NCBI GenBank assembly: GCA_030432595.1
Contig: JAUIGU010000020.1
Location: 8,144-72,143, forward strand
Direction of reading: 5' to 3'
Source: Phycisphaerae bacterium
Lineage (GTDB): Bacteria > Planctomycetota > Phycisphaerae > Phycisphaerales > Phycisphaeraceae
DNA: 64,000 nt
This document shows positions 58,021 through 64,000 of this stretch, one piece after another; positions within the stretch are counted from its first letter, which is position 1, and each line of letters begins with the position of its first letter. The position numbers were made by a program, and so were the translations under genes. The notes below the pieces were generated by a model. That model did not search any database and had not been told where the DNA came from. It saw only the letters and a program-made list of their open reading frames with translations.

Positions 58021-58352
58021 ATGCCGTCGTCGTGGTGTTCGTCGCCGGCGGCCTGGTTCCATTGGTGGGTGCCGGCTTTGAGGGCGGCCTTGGCGAGCAG
58101 GTGCGAGCCGATGGGCACGGCGACGAAGGCGAAGACGAGGGTGGCCAGCGACTTGGCGGCGACGTCGCCCGTGCCGATGTGCACGACAACCGCCAGCAGC
58201 AGCCCGATGAGCCCGAGCGTGGCGCACTTGCTCGCGGCGTGCAGACGCAGGAACGTGTCGGGCAGGCGCACGATCCCCAACGCGCCGACGAACATGAAGA
58301 ACAGACCGCCGAGCAGGAACAGCGCGGCAATGACGTCGAACAAGGCGCTCAT
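58008..58352 (-). CDS. mrpG: Na+/H+ (monovalent cation/proton) antiporter subunit G
   Basis: The 114-aa protein starts MSALFDVIAALFLLGGLFFMFVGALGIVRLPDTFLRLHAASK, which is the typical MnhG/MrpG pattern. It is the last gene of the mrp operon. Confidence 0.88.
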   Translation of the reverse strand: MSALFDVIAALFLLGGLFFMFVGALGIVRLPDTFLRLHAASKCATLGLIGLLLAVVVHIGTGDVAAKSLATLVFAFVAVPIGSHLLAKAALKAGTHQWNQAAGDEHHDDGMHLR

Positions 58353-58801
58353 GAGGACACCTCCGCGGCGGCGGGCGGCTCGTTGTCTTCGCGGCCCTGG
58401 GCGCCGATGTACTGAGCGAAGCCGACGGTGCCGGCGAACCCGATGATCGACACGCCCAGCACGGCGTCGAAGAAGGTCAGGTCGCCCAGGTAGATGGTCA
58501 GCAGCACGACCAGCGCGACGACGTGCAGCGCGAGCGTGTCGGACGCGAGGACGCGGTCGGCCAGCGACGGGCCGCGCCACAGACGAACCAGGCACAGCAG
58601 GATGCCGACCGAAAGGGTGAAGAACCCGAGGGTCACGGTCCAGCGGAGCAGGGCGATCATCTCGCCGGGCTCGGGGCCGGGGTCGTCGGCGGCGTGCAGG
58701 GCGTCACCGGCGCCGGCGGGGTCGGCCGCGGCGAGTAGGCTGAACACGTGATCGAACACGCCGGATTGCGTTAGCGCGGGCAGGCATTCAAGCAGGGTCA
58801 T
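58349..58801 (-). CDS. mrpF: Monovalent cation/proton antiporter subunit F
   Basis: LLCLVRLWRGPSLADRVLASDTLALHVVALVVLL is the MrpF signature. It overlaps the mrpG start by 4 nt. The N-terminal extension of about 45 aa is uncertain (the internal Met at MIALLRW is a possible start). Confidence 0.8.
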   Translation of the reverse strand: MTLLECLPALTQSGVFDHVFSLLAAADPAGAGDALHAADDPGPEPGEMIALLRWTVTLGFFTLSVGILLCLVRLWRGPSLADRVLASDTLALHVVALVVLLTIYLGDLTFFDAVLGVSIIGFAGTVGFAQYIGAQGREDNEPPAAAEVSS

Positions 58802-59273
58802 CGAACACCTCCTCGATCAGGCGGTCGCGCAGGGCGTCGAGCTCGGCGAGGGCGGCGTCGCGGTCCTGGCCGTACATGCAGTGGATGTAGAGCGTGCGGG
58901 TGTGCTCGTCGAAGTCGGCCGAGAGCGTGCCGGGCGTGAGGGTGATGGCGCTGGCGAGCGCGGTGACCTCGGCGTCGGTGAGGCCGTGCACGGGGTAGCG
59001 GAGGATGCGGGGCGTGAAGTTGAAGCCTGGCGTGATGACTTCCCACGCGACCTGGAGGTTGGCCTTGACGAGGATGACGACGAAGTAGCCAACGAACTTG
59101 GTGATGGCGACGAGCCGGCCGAAGTACTTCCCGCCGCCGGTGACGCGGTTGATGATGGTGACCACGACGAAGCTGATCAGAAACCCGATGGCAAAGTCGA
59201 GGAAGGTGACCCGGCCCAGCAGCGCCACGTAGACGACGGCCAGGAACACGTTGAGCATGAAGCTTGTGATCAT
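58788..59273 (-). CDS. mrpE: Monovalent cation/proton antiporter subunit E
   Basis: 161 aa. NVFLAVVYVALLGRVTFLDFAIGFLISFVV...ANLQVAWEVITPG...ITLTPGTLS is typical of MrpE. Confidence 0.85.
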   Translation of the reverse strand: MITSFMLNVFLAVVYVALLGRVTFLDFAIGFLISFVVVTIINRVTGGGKYFGRLVAITKFVGYFVVILVKANLQVAWEVITPGFNFTPRILRYPVHGLTDAEVTALASAITLTPGTLSADFDEHTRTLYIHCMYGQDRDAALAELDALRDRLIEEVFDDPA

Positions 59274-59274
59274 G

Positions 59275-61011
59275 TCAGTGGCCTCCCCGCAGGCGGATGG
59301 GGTGGTTGGGGCCGAAGCGGTCGTCGGCGTGGGTCGCCGGCGGCGTCGAGTCCTGGGCGTGATGCTCCGGCGTGCTCGGCGAAGCGCGGTGGGCTTGATC
59401 GTTAGCCGGCGTCGTCGTGCCGTGGGTGCTGGCGTAGCTCGGCTCGGTCGTTTCCGGTTGCAACACCGCGGTGATGTAGCGTTGCGGGTCGGCGAGGTTG
59501 GTGCCGGCGTCTTTGGCGAGCGCGAGCACGGGCTCGGCGGCGACGCCCATCCACAATGACGCGGCCAGCAGGAGCGCCACGGCGAGCGTCAGGGAGCGCG
59601 GTCCGGTCGAGGCGGGTTGCGTGGCCGGGGGTTCTTCGGTCTGGTCTTCCCGGCCCAGCCAGAACACGCCGGTCCACCAGCGCAGGGCCGCGAGGAGCGT
59701 GATGGTGCCGGCGACCAGGCCCGCGAGGCCGAGCCACCAGACGCTGTGGCCGGGCGTTTCGTCGGGGCCGGTGAACGCGGCCTGCACGACCCACAGCTTG
59801 CCGTAGAACCCCGACAGCGGCGGCAGGCCGACGAGCGTCATCGCCAGCACGAAGCCGACCACCGCGAGCCACGGCGCGGCGCGGTACCAACTGAACTGCC
59901 CGGCGTCGTCGATGTCGTCGGAGCCCACGCGGTTTTCGATCTGCCCGCACACCAGGAACGACAGCGCGGCGACGATCATCGACTGCGTCATGTAGAACGC
60001 CGCGCCGGCCAGCCCGGTCTCGCCGCCCACCGCCACGCCCGCCAGCGCGAAGCCCACGCCGACGATCACGAACATGCACAGCACCGCACGCAGCCGGCGG
60101 TACGCCACGGCCATGATCGCGCCCAGCACCATCGTCAGCGCCGCGGCGGTCAGCAGAATGGGGACGATCACTTCGGCGGCCTCGCCGGCCGCGAAGATCG
60201 GCGGGAAGGTCCGGGCAATAACGTACACGCCGACCTTGGTCAGCACGCCGCCGAACACCGCCAGCAGCGGCACCGGCATCGTCGGGTACGCGTCGGGCAA
60301 CCAGAACCACAGCGGGAAGATCGCCGCCTTGAGCCCGAACACGGTCAGCAGCACGACGGACACCGCGGTGAACCCGGTGGGTAAGGCCTCGCCTTGCTCG
60401 GAGGTTTCCCGCACGATCCGCATGAGGTCGGCGAGGTTGAGCGTGCCGAACATGCCGTACACCAGGCCCGCGGCGATCACGAACAGCGCCGAGGCGAGCA
60501 GGTTTAAAAGCACATACTTGTAAGCCTGCCGCAGTTGGGCTTCCCCGCCGGCCAGGCAGAGCAGCCCGTACGACGCCATCAGCATGATCTCGAAGGCGAC
60601 GAAGAGGTTGAACAGGTCGCCCGTGAGGAAGCTGAGGTTCACGCCAGCGAGCATGAAGTGCATGAGCGGGTGGAAGTAGCGGCGCTCGACGGTGCGGTCG
60701 AGCGTGCCCAGCGCGGCGACGTAGCCGCAGAGGGTCACGGCCGCCGCGGCGCAGAGCATCAGGCCCGAGAAGGTGTCGAAGACCAGCGAGATGCCGTAGG
60801 GCGCGGCCCAGCCGCCCATCTGCGACACGAGGATGCCGCCGGCCTGTTCGGAGGTCGCGTTGTTCAGAAGCAGCAACCCCGCGATCAGCGTGGCGCTCAA
60901 ACCCACCACCCCGAGCACGCGCGACAGCCGCAGCCGCGCCACAATCGGCGTGGACAGCACGCCGGTCAGCAGCGGCAGCAGCACCATCAAGACGATCCAG
61001 CGGTTGGTCAC
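59275..61011 (-). CDS. mrpD: Monovalent cation/proton antiporter subunit D (NuoM/N-like)
   Basis: A polytopic proton-conducting membrane transporter fold (FNLFVAFEIMLMASY, WLPDAYP). It carries a hydrophilic C-terminal tail of about 70 aa. Confidence 0.88.
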   Translation of the reverse strand: MTNRWIVLMVLLPLLTGVLSTPIVARLRLSRVLGVVGLSATLIAGLLLLNNATSEQAGGILVSQMGGWAAPYGISLVFDTFSGLMLCAAAAVTLCGYVAALGTLDRTVERRYFHPLMHFMLAGVNLSFLTGDLFNLFVAFEIMLMASYGLLCLAGGEAQLRQAYKYVLLNLLASALFVIAAGLVYGMFGTLNLADLMRIVRETSEQGEALPTGFTAVSVVLLTVFGLKAAIFPLWFWLPDAYPTMPVPLLAVFGGVLTKVGVYVIARTFPPIFAAGEAAEVIVPILLTAAALTMVLGAIMAVAYRRLRAVLCMFVIVGVGFALAGVAVGGETGLAGAAFYMTQSMIVAALSFLVCGQIENRVGSDDIDDAGQFSWYRAAPWLAVVGFVLAMTLVGLPPLSGFYGKLWVVQAAFTGPDETPGHSVWWLGLAGLVAGTITLLAALRWWTGVFWLGREDQTEEPPATQPASTGPRSLTLAVALLLAASLWMGVAAEPVLALAKDAGTNLADPQRYITAVLQPETTEPSYASTHGTTTPANDQAHRASPSTPEHHAQDSTPPATHADDRFGPNHPIRLRGGH

Positions 61012-61472
61012 GCGGCGCCTCCTTGCACGGTGCCGTCGGCGGCGGGGCGCTCGACCGGGTCGTGGCGTTTCTCGCCGGTGGCGAGTTCATCGACGTCGAG
61101 GGTCTGCACCTTGCGGGACGTGGCGACCAGCAGCGTGAGCACGAAGCCCATCACCGCGAAGCCGATGACGATCGCCGTGAGGATCAGCGCCTGCGGCAGC
61201 GGATCGACCATCACGTCCAGCGGCGCGGCGATGTCGCCGTGTCTCAGCGCGCCGTCGAAGTCGTAGTCCGAGATCGGCGGGCGCTTGGTGATGCCCAGCT
61301 CGGGGTCGGGGGTGGGCAGGATCGGCGAGCCGGACATCGCGAGGATCGACAGGTTCGCCGCGTGGCTGATGAGGAACACGCCCATGGCGACCGCCTTGAG
61401 CTCGCGGCCCAGCAGCAGGTAGACGCTCACGGCGAACGTCACGGCGACACAGATGGCCAGGACCGCGGTCAT
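61008..61472 (-). CDS. mrpC: Monovalent cation/proton antiporter subunit C (NuoK-like)
   Basis: [41 protein letters not shown]...[16 protein letters not shown]. It overlaps its neighbours by 4 nt on both sides. It contains an insertion between helices 2 and 3. Confidence 0.85.
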   Translation of the reverse strand: MTAVLAICVAVTFAVSVYLLLGRELKAVAMGVFLISHAANLSILAMSGSPILPTPDPELGITKRPPISDYDFDGALRHGDIAAPLDVMVDPLPQALILTAIVIGFAVMGFVLTLLVATSRKVQTLDVDELATGEKRHDPVERPAADGTVQGGAA

Positions 61473-61911
61473 GCCAGGTCTCCTTCGAGGCCGGTCGATT
61501 CGTCGGGGACCTCTTCGCTGAGGCGTTGGATCATGCCGGTCGACACCCCGATGACGACGAGCATCACGCCGAAGTCGAAGAAGAACGCGGTGACCAGGTG
61601 CAGCCCCAGCCCCAGGAAGTTGTCGATCGCGAACGAGTGCAGCAACGGGTAGCCCCACAGCAGCGGCAAGGCGGCGGTGGCGAGGGCGATCAGCAAACCG
61701 AAGCCCACGACGACGCGCGGGTGCACGGGGACCAGGGCGATCAGCGCGTCCCGGCCGTGCGCCATGGCGAACAGCCACAGCGCGACCGACGCGATGAGCC
61801 CGCCGATGAACCCGCCGCCGGGCGCGTTGTGCCCCTTGAAGGACATGAACGCGGCGAACAGCAGCGACAACGGCAGGATCAGTCGGGTGGCGGTTTTGAA
61901 AAGCAGTGAGG

Positions 61912-61915
<4 letters not shown>
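61469..61915 (-). CDS. mrpB: Monovalent cation/proton antiporter subunit B
   Basis: [33 protein letters not shown] is the MrpB/MnhB signature. Confidence 0.88.

Positions 61916-64000
<2,085 letters not shown>

Overview
The window is GC-rich (by eye; not computed), densely coding bacterial chromosomal DNA. I see no rRNA, CRISPR array, transposase, integrase or phage genes. The gene content points to a Planctomycetota (Phycisphaerae-like) genome, which is an inference. The pointers are a DUF1559 protein with a prepilin-like N-terminus and an H-X9-DG motif, many dockerin-like plus PEP-CTERM tails, ECF sigma / Ser-Thr kinase pairs, and the N-terminal LE-R-L-S motif on a giant repeat protein.

Layout:
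- 0.1-16.5 kb: housekeeping genes (rny, pssA, ptsH-ptsN-hpf, tyrS), a translationally coupled envelope operon of unknown function, and an HTTM/DCC thiol-oxidoreductase cluster.
- 16.5-31 kb: two ECF43-type sigma/transmembrane Ser-Thr kinase modules in mirror orientation. They bracket three giant secreted proteins (two beta-helix-like dockerin/PEP-CTERM paralogs and one RTX-type Ca-binding repeat protein).
- 31.2-38.9 kb: an eight-gene H-NOX (NO/heme sensor) signalling operon with 2 histidine kinases, 5 receiver domains, an HDOD protein and an apparently degenerate HD-GYP.
- 39.35 kb: tRNA-Gly(CCC).
- 39.6-51.7 kb: a glycan-utilisation-like locus with two GH13 amylase paralogs (one surface-anchored), a carbohydrate-binding-like repeat protein, a GntR/LacI-type regulator, a PL11 rhamnogalacturonan lyase and a Gfo/Idh/MocA oxidoreductase.
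- 52-58 kb: secreted PEP-CTERM proteins, nadD, an orphan nuoC, thuA and a 718-nt ORF-poor, hairpin-dense spacer.
- 58-64 kb: mrpGFEDCBA (mrpA runs off the window).

The most unusual non-coding signal is a family of 7-nt periodic TTTCGMC arrays. They sit immediately upstream of start codons (nuoC, thuA, ptsH, weakly the FAD oxidase) and twice occur as back-to-back inverted pairs.

All calls come from reading the ORF translations and the sequence by eye. No searches or folding computations were run. Many long ORFs in the six-frame track are high-GC shadow frames and were rejected.
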